A stretch of DNA of 64,000 nt, taken from positions 1,792,001 through 1,856,000 of the forward strand of contig OY969564.1 in NCBI GenBank assembly GCA_963701095.1, read 5' to 3'. The position numbers and the translations under genes are program-made. Under the pieces are notes generated by a model that saw only the letters and a list, made by a program, of their open reading frames with translations, was not told where the DNA came from and made no database searches. Shown in pieces: positions 1-10,279 of the stretch; the first letter of the stretch is position 1, and each line of letters begins with the position of its first letter. Source of the stretch: an uncultured Methanoregulaceae archaeon. Lineage in GTDB: Archaea > Halobacteriota > Methanomicrobia > Methanomicrobiales > Methanospirillaceae.

Positions 1-265
1 CGGTGCCAATATCAAGGACACGGGATCCGTTGGGAATAGCTAAAGCAGCGGCGCGGGCACCATCGTCACTGTTGTGCTTTTTCCTGCCTTTCATGTAGAC
101 GCTATCAATCATTTTTCTGTTTTTCCAGAACTGGTGGGCATTACCATATCCCGGCACAGCACAGTGGGCCAGTTTCAGTTTACGCCACTGTTCCCTCCAG
201 AAAAAGGGATCTTGTTTTGGGAATGCAGGCTTCTTGAGCTCAGCAGCAATAGTTCGTGATTTCAT
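1..265 (-). CDS. Class I SAM-dependent methyltransferase, 5' part (runs off the window; apparent frameshift)
   Basis: Manual translation from ATG 265 gives MKSRTIAAELKKPAFPKQDPFFWREQWRK...FWKN, then in a shifted frame AIPNGSRVLDIGT; paralogous to the methyltransferases at 2864-3834 and 6580-7428. Confidence 0.75.
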   Translation of the reverse strand, partial: MKSRTIAAELKKPAFPKQDPFFWREQWRKLKLAHCAVPGYGNAHQFWKNRKMIDSVYMKGRKKHNSDDGARAAALAIPNGSRVLDIGT

Positions 266-288
266 GTAAACACAATGTTTTCTCTTTG

Positions 289-1139
289 TTAGTTATCGTC
301 CGAATCTGATACCGGAACCGTTCCCCCGGATTTTTCCAATGCGTCCAGTGGATTGGGAGCTGTTCCGGTCACGATCGCGACCGTGACATCGAGGTAGTTT
401 CCTTGTATCGTAATCTGGAACTGGCCTGAGCTGTACACGGGGATAAAGCGTGGGCCAGGTAATGAGGTAGTACTTACCGTAGTCTGGCCGTTAACTGACG
501 TGGTTGTATATCCAGTTGTGGAAATCTCGTAGTGGCCGATATCGGAGTGTACTGCCGGCCATACCCATCCTCTGCCACAATCTCATTGGTCTGGTTGTCC
601 CGGATGGTGATCGACATATACGGGTTGTTTACCGGAACAAGAATCGTTCCTCTGCATGAATCGGGATCTGCGAGACAGTCAAACTTGGGATTGACCATAT
701 ACACAACATACAAGGGTCCCTGTGCTACATTTACGAGAAGACCTACTGCATTGCCGGTAAGCGTATAGGTCTTGGTAAATTGCGGTCTCAGGTACTGGAA
801 TGCAGGCTGGAGAGGCGTTTCATTGATTTTAGTCGCGTTAGGAAAAACATACGGATCTGGCGTCACGTCGGGTGTTACCTCAGTAACGATATCTGACATG
901 GCAGGGGTCATAAAAACACCCGGATCTGCTGTTAAATTACTTTGCGGGATCACAGATGGTGAGGTGTTTGGAATGGCTGTTACCACTGGCGTGATAGATA
1001 TGTTGCCGGTTGCCGATCCCCCGCTAATGGCATTCTGGGCGATTTTGATACACCCGGTTGAACCTGCCATGAGAACGATTAGGAGGAAAAGACCAAGCGG
1101 GAGGCATCCTGCCGGCGCCTTTCTTTTCTCAATCCTCAT
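289..1139 (-). CDS. Putative lipoprotein, Pro/Thr-rich linker, unknown function (frameshift near 540)
   Basis: ORF 474-1178 has a hydrophobic signal and lipobox-like GSTGC; the reading continues in another frame (PGPRFIPVYSSGQFQITIQGNYLDVTVAI) to TAA at 289-291. Confidence 0.65.
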
Positions 1140-1187
1140 AATATTCATTTCCTGCGGGGTGTGTCCGTGTGATTTCAACCATCTCCC

Positions 1188-2867
1188 TCAAGTCCCACCT
1201 TTAAGAACAACAACTTCCGCAACGGTGTTTGCATATGCATCGTCTTCGCCCCCGTAACTCATCTGGCCGAGGGAAAGACCCGGCCCTGTCAGATCGAGAT
1301 AATAGTACTTCTTTCCATCGATCGGGTAATAGTACCCGTTGCAGTTATCACAGGCTACCCCGACGATTGCATGACCGGCGTCCCTGCCAGCCACTTGGGG
1401 TAAAAGCACGATCGCAACATCGTAGTTCATATCTTTAAGAAGGGCTGCAGCAAGGATTGAATCATCAATGCAGTCACCGTTTCCTTCAACAAGGGTCTCG
1501 ACCGGGTATTTCCAGTAATCATTTGCATCAGTCGTTGTCTGTCCGGTCGCCGGATCGGTATGCAGTGCATAGGGTATTGACTGCACAAACGCAGTGACCG
1601 TGTGATAATCATCCCTGGCTGCCAGGTTCTGGTTGCCACTGGTGTCCTTGAGCTGCCCGATCAGGTCATAGAGGTAGAATTGGTCCTCATCGCTGAGCGT
1701 ATAATTGTCAAGCGCGGTTGCATTTGTTGGATGCGTCTGGTTTTTGTAATAGTAATACAGGCTTTTTGGAATATGCAGGGTTACCGATTCCGCACGTCCC
1801 CGTGAAAACCAGCTGTATGTTTTCTCGAATACCTGGTCCGTTCCGGCTGAGGTATCATTGCCTCCTGAGTTGTAACTCAGAAGGGAAGGCTTACTGGTAT
1901 CGTTGGGATCCGTGCTGAGCGTCGCAAAAATTTCCAACGTTTCCCCGCCGGTAAGATTAAAAGAGGCATCCTGGGTCGTGTAATTAGGTTTCTGAAAATC
2001 AAGGCTGTAATATCCCGCAGGAACACCTTCAAAGTTTGCAGGAGTCATGGTTTTGTAGGTGCCATTTAGGAACAACGCAGCGCCGTCCGGTGAGGAATCG
2101 ATAATAATGGTACCGGTATCGGGGATTTTTTCAAGATCTGCCTGTACAAGCCCGGATGTGCCACCCTGAACCACAATGGTCTGCGTATAATTCATATACC
2201 CCGGTTTCTGGACGATGAGGGTGTGGTTGCCGGCAATAACACTTGAAAACAGTGTAGGCGTTGTTCCAAAAAGGGTCCCGTCAAGGTAAGCAGTTGCATT
2301 TCCCGGAGATGATACCACATCCAGGAATCCGGTTTGAGGGACCGGGACCAGGAACTCGTTGTAGGTAGGAATCATTCCGGGTCCGGCGGTTACAGTGTCA
2401 GTATAATCCTCATAGCCGGATTTACGGATCAGGATTGCATGGGGACCCGGATAAAGTGCATCAATCAGGAGTGGTGTTGTTCCCTGCTGCAGTATCCCAT
2501 CAACAAAGATGCTCCCTCCGGGAGGGTCCGAGGTGATGTAAACGCTCCCTCGATCATCTGTGCGCTGGAGGTTTGCCACAATTGCCTGGGGAATTCCGGG
2601 TTCCAGTGTCACATCATCGATGTAATCAGCATAGCCATTTGCACTCATTATGATGGTATGGTTGCCGCAGGGAAGTTCAAGTTCTTCTTGAGGGACAGTG
2701 CCAATCAGGGTTCCGTCAATGCTTATTGCCGCACCGTCGGGAATAGAAAGCGCGGTGAGTGTACACGAATCTGTAGATGCGGCTGCTGGAACAAGAAAAA
2801 GAACCTGCATGAAGAGCAGGATGATAATAGGAATTAAAAACCGGGTTTTCATTTTTTCCCTCGTCAA
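1188..2867 (-). CDS. Secreted PEGA-repeat protein with C-terminal transglutaminase-like (Cys-His-Asp) domain
   Basis: Signal peptide; four PEGA-like repeats (S.P.GA..x.DG...GT.P...G.H.I...K.GY); C-terminal YPVETLV..GDCIDDSIL, GHAIVG and YLD motifs. Confidence 0.8.
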   Translation of the reverse strand: MTREKMKTRFLIPIIILLFMQVLFLVPAAASTDSCTLTALSIPDGAAISIDGTLIGTVPQEELELPCGNHTIIMSANGYADYIDDVTLEPGIPQAIVANLQRTDDRGSVYITSDPPGGSIFVDGILQQGTTPLLIDALYPGPHAILIRKSGYEDYTDTVTAGPGMIPTYNEFLVPVPQTGFLDVVSSPGNATAYLDGTLFGTTPTLFSSVIAGNHTLIVQKPGYMNYTQTIVVQGGTSGLVQADLEKIPDTGTIIIDSSPDGAALFLNGTYKTMTPANFEGVPAGYYSLDFQKPNYTTQDASFNLTGGETLEIFATLSTDPNDTSKPSLLSYNSGGNDTSAGTDQVFEKTYSWFSRGRAESVTLHIPKSLYYYYKNQTHPTNATALDNYTLSDEDQFYLYDLIGQLKDTSGNQNLAARDDYHTVTAFVQSIPYALHTDPATGQTTTDANDYWKYPVETLVEGNGDCIDDSILAAALLKDMNYDVAIVLLPQVAGRDAGHAIVGVACDNCNGYYYPIDGKKYYYLDLTGPGLSLGQMSYGGEDDAYANTVAEVVVLKGGT

Positions 2868-3834
2868 GATGGTCTAGTTTTTATGACCGGGTGACATGCA
2901 CTCGATGCATGGTTGTTATCACTTGACTTTTGTTGGACGCCGGACTCAGTTTTAACATTTTCCGACCGCTGGTCCGGAGCATTCCACCAGATATGGGCAC
3001 CGAGAGCACGGCCGTCGACGAAGTACCCATTTTCGGTTTTCTTCAATGTACGGTGGAAATACTCGCGAAGGATGTCCATCTGCTGAGGTGTTGTACAGTT
3101 CATGCGGCCACTGAATTCAGTAACTGCATCCTCAAGTGAAGGATAGACCGCAGGATCGCACCGGGTTCAACGGTAAGGTTTGCGTAAATCCCCATCTCGC
3201 AAAGCGCCTGCCAGAGACAGTCTGAAGTCGGTTCACCGCAGAAGTCCGACCCGTGCAGCTGGTTCCATACGCCGGCATTGACCTGTGCCCAAAGGGGTTG
3301 GGTTAAAAACCAGAAAATATGGACAGTTCCCCGGCATGACTGCTGCATTTTCAAAATGGCCTCACCGATATCGGTAACCATGAGGCTGTAGGAAGCGACG
3401 ACTGCATCGAAAGGTACGCCAAGTTCTTCTAGTGTCACGTCCTCCCACCGTTTGGGAATGAGGGTGATCTCCCGGCATTTTTCTTCCCGCTGGTACTCAC
3501 GCAGGGCCTCTCCCATGACCGGCGAGGGCTCAATAGCCGTGACGTCGCACCCATGCGCAGCGAGGGGAACTGCGAGCACCCCTGTGCCTGCACCGATATC
3601 CAGGACCCGTGATCCGTCCCTGACATTCATTCCCGCGATCCGGGTTTCGGCCATATCCCGCCATTCGTTTAGATCGTGAATAAAGTGACTTTTTATTGCC
3701 TTTTTATCGTTCCAGAAGCTATTGCCCTCAGTCTTACGTGTTTCAAGAAGGGCGAGCCTCTTTCGCTGCCACCGGTCCCGCCAGTAGGTTTGTCCATAAT
3801 TCGGTGTTCCGTGGACCGAACCATCCGGTGTCAT
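2864..3834 (-). CDS. Class I SAM-dependent methyltransferase (split ORFs 3100-3834 and 2864-3103)
   Basis: VLDIGAGTG motif I, AIEPS, KRWEDV, FDAVVASYSL; the C-terminal piece ends ...HIWW like paralog 6580-7428 (KIWW). Confidence 0.85.
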
Positions 3835-3971
3835 GTCTATATTATTGTACTAACTTTTTCATTTATTAAATACAATGATTAAACGTTGCTATAGATGCAT
3901 CAAGTCTTTATGCATGGGATCTTTGAAGTCTCCATTTTACCTATAAAGGTGAGAATCCCGGGGTATTACCA

Positions 3972-5671
3972 TTAAGTTTCAGGAAGGCCTACCTCGTGAT
4001 TAAATTTGGTATATTCCTCAGGAAGGGAATATTGAAAGATATCCGGGTGGAGGATATTTGCAACATCCATAAGCCCGAGAGCCCACCGCTGGGAACTGCC
4101 AGCGAGGTCCGTATTAAGGGTGTATACCCTCCCGGTATCAAGTGCCCGGCAGGATATCCCGAGTTCTTTGCACGTACTGATGAATTCTGCAACGGGAGTT
4201 GCGAAATTGCCCGATATAATAATAACCTCAGGATCAAGCGCATTGAGTTCTTCGACCGTGTATTCCGGGTTTGCACTTTCAGTTAAGCCGAGTTCCTTGT
4301 TAAGGCTCATCCCCCCCGCAATCTCGACAAGCTGATTTTCGGTTTTTACGGCATAGAGCGGGAGGAGCGGGTGACTGAGAACCGCGTAAACCCGGGGTTT
4401 TTCAGCAGTCGAAGCCTTTTGCTGGATATCAGTTATGACATGCTGTGTGTATCCTATCAAATGGTTTGCTTGGTCTTCGTGGTGAGCGAGCGTGGCGAGA
4501 TACCGTATCATATCGAAATATTTTCCGTACGTGCTCATATGATCCTGGAAATTGCTGATATAGCCGTTTTCGATGACTGTATTGCAGATCCGGTCGATTA
4601 CCCGTTCATCGGTTACTCCGAGAGTACCTAATATTTTGCTGATAAACTGCATGCCCATGATCGACCGGTACCCCCCAAGGATCTGGACTTCGCCTTCGAA
4701 AATGGGATCGATCTCACCCCGAAAGGGGAAGTGGTAACCGCAGCTGCATTTGCCATCCGACGGGCATGAGAGCACCCGGGCCGCCATCGGACCGAAAAAG
4801 ACCCGGTGGATGATCGTTTTCCCGCAAACCGGGCAACGTGAATCCAGTTCAGTCGTCGCACACGTGTTGAACAGGTACACATGATCGAAGTACCGGCGCA
4901 GATCGGCGCAGAGCTGCTCTCCTTGAGCCCGGTGGGAGCGATAGGTTCGAGGTTTTCATGGGTCGCCATAAAGCGCATCACCTGGAACGGGATAGATCGC
5001 GAGATTACACTGATCCGCTCTGCCGCTCCGATTACTTCCAGCTCCCTTCCGTTGAGGTACATAACGGAAACCTCGACGGCGACTCCGGCATCGTAGAGGG
5101 TTTTCAGGTTGCGGTAGGTCGGTACTGCCGATACTGCCCCACACTCGCGGTACCGTTCGTCAGTCGACCCTTTGAGGCCAATATTGACAAAGTCCAGGTA
5201 CGGCAGCATCATCTGCAACGTTGCTTCTGTCATGTAACCGTTGCTGGAACAACCGACAAGGAATCCCTCCTTTTTTGCGGCCTGTGCGACTTTTAAAAAA
5301 GTGGGGAGGGAAACCGTGGGTTCATTCAGGCAGAACGTGATGCCCCGGCAGGCATATCCCCGTGCTATGGCGAGGATCTCATCTGGTGTGTGGTGGTTGA
5401 GGATATCCTGCAGGGTTCCTTTACGGATAGTCTGGAATTCAGATATGCATCCTTCACAGGTAAAGTTGCAACCTATGGTGCTGAGGAGGAGGAAGATACT
5501 ATTGGGGTAAAAGTGAAGCATCGGAATAGATTCGCTTGAGACCGGGTAGATATTGAGATAACTGTCTGGATAGTTCTCCGTAATCGTGCCCATACTGTTT
5601 CGATACATACGGCAATACCCGTTCTGGCTTTCCTGTATATCACAGGCCCGTTCACAATAGCTGCATCTCAT
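3972..5671 (-). CDS. Radical SAM enzyme (PFL-activase/AmmeMemoRadiSam-like) fused to a C-terminal Fe/B12-type substrate-binding-protein-like domain (frameshift near 4920)
   Basis: N-terminal CSYC..C..GYC, CNFTCEGC (CxxxCxxC), NEPT; second ORF YLFN..CPVCG..CSCG is the usual end of this family, then KPRVY..AGG..EELNALDPEVIII typical of TroA/BtuF-like binding proteins. Confidence 0.8.
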
Positions 5672-6571
5672 GGAAATTTTCCTTTGACGTGTTTTGGTAC
5701 TGTTTGATGACTTCCTGCCATGGTGGATTTCCGATAGACATTTGTCTTCTCTGCAGATTTTCCGAAGAAATGGTAACCGGAGCCTCCTTCAGCAATGGTG
5801 TCGAGCAAGACATCTGGAGCGATGACCACGTCACCGCCCAGCAACGTAACGCCGCGCCGGAAGAACGCATCCGGAAGCATGCTGGCAGTCGGTCCAACAA
5901 CAATGATTGTTGTCCCGGGTTTAGCGGTGGCAAGTAAAGGTTCAAGTGTATTATTGAGAAGGGTTGTACCCGTGATGATGAGCATGTCCGCCCTTTGGAT
6001 TGCTGCCTCAGTCTGATTTTTTGGGATGATAAAGGGGAGTTCATCAGGTTTTAGGGTGCGTGGGTCGAGTTCAAGGATCCCAAACGGCTTTCCCCGGGTT
6101 TTCAGTCGCTTGAGGATTGGGACAAGTGCCCCGACCACGACTACATATCCCTCATCAGGAATAGGGGTTGTGTCGAGTACATCTTTGCCGGTTTCCCTGC
6201 CGAAATGCAGATCGACCCTCCTCTTCCTGCAGCTTTCCGAGAGTGCGCTTACAATAGCGATGCCAACCGCCTTCTTCAATGGGGGTGCTTGTGGAAGATC
6301 CCTAATGAATTCAGCAGCACTGCAGCCGGTAAATCGTCCTGGGAAAGGCATGGCCCGGGCAGAACTGGGGCAGCAGACTGCGTCCGGGATCTCTTTTATA
6401 GGCGTAAAGCAGATGCCCCCGGAACCGTCGCTGAGTTTCACACCGGTAAAGAAAATCCCTATGACGACTCGTTCAATAGAAATTTTTTCGAAATCGCTGC
6501 AAAGGGTTTTCCGTATCTGTGTGATGGTCTCTTCAAGAATCGAACCGGGCCGGTTGAGGTACTTCTGCCAT
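5668..6571 (-). CDS. DUF364-like Rossmann-fold protein (putative metal-chelation family)
   Basis: IERVVIGIFFTGVKLS, VVVVGA, ELDP, ADMLIITGTTLLNNTLE.LL, VGPTAS, GV..LGG; ATG at 6571 is one frameshift away from ORF 5668-6441. Confidence 0.8.
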
Positions 6572-6579
6572 ATGTATCT

Positions 6580-7428
6580 TTAACCCTCTTTTTCCCACCA
6601 GATCTTTGCCTGTGATGACTGCATTTTCATGAAATACTGTCCATTTTCGCACTGGAGCGTTTTCTGAAGATGTTTTTTGAGTACGGCGATTTGCCTCTCC
6701 TCTTTGAGATGCAGGACTTCCCGTTGATCGTCCACTGCTTCGTCGAAACTTGAAAAACTGATCGTACGATCCGCACGGGAAATTTCAACATTGGCGGAAA
6801 CTCCCATCTGGTAGAGCAGATTGAAAATAATGTTGGGCGTCCGGTTTGTAGCTGGTTGTTCTCCAAAGAGTTCCTCCCATATTTCGAGATATTGTCTATG
6901 ACGAGGCGACACTAGATCTGCAAACCAGAAGATATACACGTATTTCCGGGAAACGGCGTCCATCTTTTCAATGGCATCCCGAAGGTCAGGTACGCCGAGA
7001 GAATAGGATGCAACTACCACGTCATACGGCGGGTTGAGATCTCGTTGGATATCCACATCTTCCCACGTTTTCTGGATGGTTGTAATATTGTGAATTTCGC
7101 TATCACGGATATTGTTGTGAAGGCATTCGAGCATCCCGGAAGAGGGCTCAACGGCCGTAACATGCCGGACCATTCCGGAGAGCGGGATAGCAAGTGTCCC
7201 GGGGCCGGCGCCGATATCGAGGACCCTGGAGTCCGGGTCGATCTTCATGGCAGAGATGCGTTCCCGTGCATCTCTCCAGTTGTCTTCTTTGACCATATGG
7301 TCGAATTTTCTGCACCGTGCTGGATCCGACCATCTCGCGGCGCAGCTCGCACATTCGTCTTGGGCTCTTTTCTCTTTTTCCCTCTCTTTCCAGACTTCGT
7401 TCCAGTCTATGGCACTACTGTCCTGCAT
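6580..7428 (-). CDS. Class I SAM-dependent methyltransferase
   Basis: DWNEVWK N-terminus, VLDIGAGPGTL, AVEPS, YDVVVASYSL. Confidence 0.9.
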   Translation of the reverse strand: MQDSSAIDWNEVWKEREKEKRAQDECASCAARWSDPARCRKFDHMVKEDNWRDARERISAMKIDPDSRVLDIGAGPGTLAIPLSGMVRHVTAVEPSSGMLECLHNNIRDSEIHNITTIQKTWEDVDIQRDLNPPYDVVVASYSLGVPDLRDAIEKMDAVSRKYVYIFWFADLVSPRHRQYLEIWEELFGEQPATNRTPNIIFNLLYQMGVSANVEISRADRTISFSSFDEAVDDQREVLHLKEERQIAVLKKHLQKTLQCENGQYFMKMQSSQAKIWWEKEG

Positions 7429-7450
7429 GTCCTGTAGTATCTGTATTTGT

Positions 7451-7471
7451 TTAACAACTGTATATGGTTAA
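7451..7471. promoter_or_regulatory. Putative operator palindrome TTAACAA-N7-TGGTTAA
   Basis: Near-perfect 7-7-7 inverted repeat 23-43 bp upstream of the ATG at 7428; matches the site at 11184. Confidence 0.5.
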
Positions 7472-7501
7472 TTGAATTATTTTGATAAATGATTAATTTG
7501 A

Positions 7502-7948
7502 TCAATGTATTTTCGGCGCCCAAAATCCGGCGAGACCGGTTGAAATCATTGGATAATACAAGAATATAATTGCGGCAATGAAGTAAGTGATCATCAGATA
7601 ACCGAACAATCTGGCGGCACGTACCCCTTTAAAGGGGTGTCGGTTATTGTTGATCTCATATGCGATCCAGATGGCTGCCATAATACTATAGAGCCATACA
7701 AAGGATCGGAAGAAGGATCACGAGATGGGGAAGGGCGTTCTGGTACGGTTCCAGGAGAGCAAGCCAGTAGGTTCCTTTGAACGCATCTTGAACCGTACCT
7801 ATAAGGGCAAAGAAAAAGAGCGCTGCAAGGATGAGCCAGCCCCTTATATACTCCCCACTGTTGTAAACCGGGACAGACTGCAGAAACTGCACCAGGTCCC
7901 TGCCAGTTTTTCCCTTTTAATTGATAGGTAACAATCACGGGATACCAT
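7502..7948 (-). pseudogene. Small multi-TM membrane protein interrupted by several frameshifts (real decay or assembly error)
   Basis: Fragments SAVCPGL / YNSGEYIRGWLILAALFFFAL / MAAIWIAYE...IIFLYYP..KIH* lie in different frames just downstream of the pilin genes. Confidence 0.45.
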
Positions 7949-7956
7949 GATGCTAG

Positions 7957-8592
7957 TTACCCGGTGATCGTGACTACGGGTTCCGAGATCCGGATTCCGC
8001 TCGAAGAGTCAATTATATCGAGATAGAATCTCTTCCCAATATTGGTTGGATTTACGAACATGATCGTCCATAAATAGAAATCGGGATCGCCGCTGAAGGT
8101 CCATTCGCCATTGACTAAGGAAAAGTATCCTTTTGAAGGATATGGTTATGATGAATTCTCAAACGTTGCAGGATTACAGTTGGTGATGTTCACGTACCAA
8201 GTGTCTCTCGGGTTGAACGATGTGATGTCGTAACCGTCTATATTATCCGTTACAGGGTTGCGGAAAGCAATCGGTGTCCCAGCGGAATTGGTAACATTTG
8301 AAAGGTCGACGACACTTATGGTGCTTGTACCAAGGTTCGGGCCGAAAGAAGGTCCGTTTCTGGTCTCTATAATAAGACTGCTTGTCGGGAGCGCCTCGCC
8401 GCCGGCATTGGTGATTGTCATCCCTGAAGTGACACTGAATGTACCTATGATGACTGCAGTGGGTGCTTTCGTCTGGCCATTCACGAGTCCACCAGAAAAT
8501 CCGCTAACGATCGCAGCTATGATGATGGTCACAACGAGCATCAACATAACACCGACTATCGGCGAGGCTGCATGTTCGCTGACCGTTTTCAT
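7957..8592 (-). CDS. Archaeal type IV pilin (DUF1628-type), copy B' (frameshift near 8150)
   Basis: Class III signal HAA/SPIVGVMLML; the continuation FVNPTNIGKRFYLDIIDSSSG..VTITG* matches the C-terminus of copy B. Confidence 0.85.
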
Positions 8593-9356
8593 GATCCCTC
8601 CGTAACCGGGACGCCCTCACTGAAGATCGTAGCACCTGTAGGAGTATATATCACCTTGACATCCACCTTATCCCCACCCCGGAGTTGCTCCCAGCCGCCA
8701 CCGAGAACAGATATCGTTGGATCTACCGTACTACCTGCAGTAAATTCAGAGCCGGAGACATAGGAATAGGGGGTTACACCGTTGTATCCCCCATTGAAAT
8801 ATGAACCTCGGGGTGGACCGTAAGCTGGATAGGCAAAAAGGCCGACGCCCGCTTGAAGCGTGTAATTCCCGAAATAACCATCAGGATAATTCCAGTCCTC
8901 TGTACCCTGAATAATTCCTTTTCCCACTCCAAAAGGTACTGTCGCACCAGTCCAAAGTTCACCCACGTTCTGGCTGTTCGGTAGTGAGGTGTTTCCCCCG
9001 ATAAAGAAGGTTCCATCAGCAATTTTGGCCATAGATGTACCTGCCAAATCTGCACTGGTGTTGTCCTTCATCGTGGTGGTCCAGGAAGTCACAATCTTGA
9101 GCTGATTCGTATTGATCGGCTGACTTACCCCAAGTACATTTCCTGAGAATCCACTATCCAAATAACTTCCAGTATTAACAATCTGAACATCCATGGTAAG
9201 GGTCGGGGATTTTTGATGCCCCCCTACCAACCCCCCCGCAAATCCGCTGACGACCGCTGCTATGAGGACAGTCACAATCAGCATCAGCATAACGCCAACG
9301 ACCGGCGAGACTCCATCTTCGTCATTTTTTTCCATCATTCGTTTCAGATACTGCAT
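8589..9356 (-). CDS. Archaeal type IV pilin (DUF1628-type), copy A'
   Basis: EDG/VSPVVGVMLMLIVTVLIAAVVSGF class III signal; C-terminal VKVIYTPTG.TIF. Confidence 0.9.
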   Translation of the reverse strand: MQYLKRMMEKNDEDGVSPVVGVMLMLIVTVLIAAVVSGFAGGLVGGHQKSPTLTMDVQIVNTGSYLDSGFSGNVLGVSQPINTNQLKIVTSWTTTMKDNTSADLAGTSMAKIADGTFFIGGNTSLPNSQNVGELWTGATVPFGVGKGIIQGTEDWNYPDGYFGNYTLQAGVGLFAYPAYGPPRGSYFNGGYNGVTPYSYVSGSEFTAGSTVDPTISVLGGGWEQLRGGDKVDVKVIYTPTGATIFSEGVPVTEGS

Positions 9357-9633
9357 ATTGTTCCCTCTGAAATTCTTGCGCTTACCTCAACAAACGAACG
9401 CTCTTTTATATAAATCATAAACTGAAAAGAGGCTGGATCTCCTAGATGAAATGCTGAATATATCGGTTGTGTAATTTTTCCATATGAAGGGTGGTCAAAT
9501 CGCATCATTCACCCACTCATAGGAAAAATAAAAAAGTGAGATGAGGATGTTATTCCGGCAAGAACGCAATCGTCCCTGTCAGGTTTCCCTTTTTTCCAAA
9601 TGATTTACAGCAAATGAAACTCCACAATTCTGA

Positions 9634-10275
9634 TTATCCAGTGATCGTGACCTGCGACTGCGAGATCACGGCTCCGCTTGCCTGGTCATAGACATCGAGA
9701 TAGAACGCCTTCCCGATGTTTGCAGGGTTCACGAAGTTGAGGGCCCAGAATCCATCCGTTGGAGTGGTGAAACCCCATACACCGTTATTATTGGCGGGGA
9801 GGATATAGGATCCATGTTTCGACAGGGCCGATGTGGCGGACTCTGATAATACTGGGTTGCAGTTTGTGATGTTCAAGTACCATGTGTCGCCCGGGTTGAA
9901 CGAAGTGATATTATATCCATCGATCGATTGGGTACTCGGGTTCCAGAACGCAACCGGTGTGCCGGCCGAGTTAGTAACGAGCGTGAGGTTTAAATCACTT
10001 ACTGTAGTTGACCCAAGTCCTGGGCCGAATGTCGGTCCGTTCGATGTCGTGATAAGGATACTGCTTGATGGAAGTGAGTCTCCACCCGCATTAGTAATGG
10101 TCATACCTGAAGTAACACTGAAGGTTCCCGTGATAGTTGCCTGCGGTGCTTTTGTCTGGCCTTTCGCAAGGCCGCCAGCAAATCCGCTGACAACTGCTGC
10201 GATAATAATAGTCACGACCAGCATCAGCATGACACCGACGACTGGTGAGACTGCATTTTCCTTGTAATGCTTCAT
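9634..10275 (-). CDS. Archaeal type IV pilin (DUF1628-type), copy B
   Basis: MKHYKENA/VSPVVGVMLMLVVTIIIAAVVS. Confidence 0.9.
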   Translation of the reverse strand: MKHYKENAVSPVVGVMLMLVVTIIIAAVVSGFAGGLAKGQTKAPQATITGTFSVTSGMTITNAGGDSLPSSSILITTSNGPTFGPGLGSTTVSDLNLTLVTNSAGTPVAFWNPSTQSIDGYNITSFNPGDTWYLNITNCNPVLSESATSALSKHGSYILPANNNGVWGFTTPTDGFWALNFVNPANIGKAFYLDVYDQASGAVISQSQVTITG

Positions 10276-10279
10276 AATT

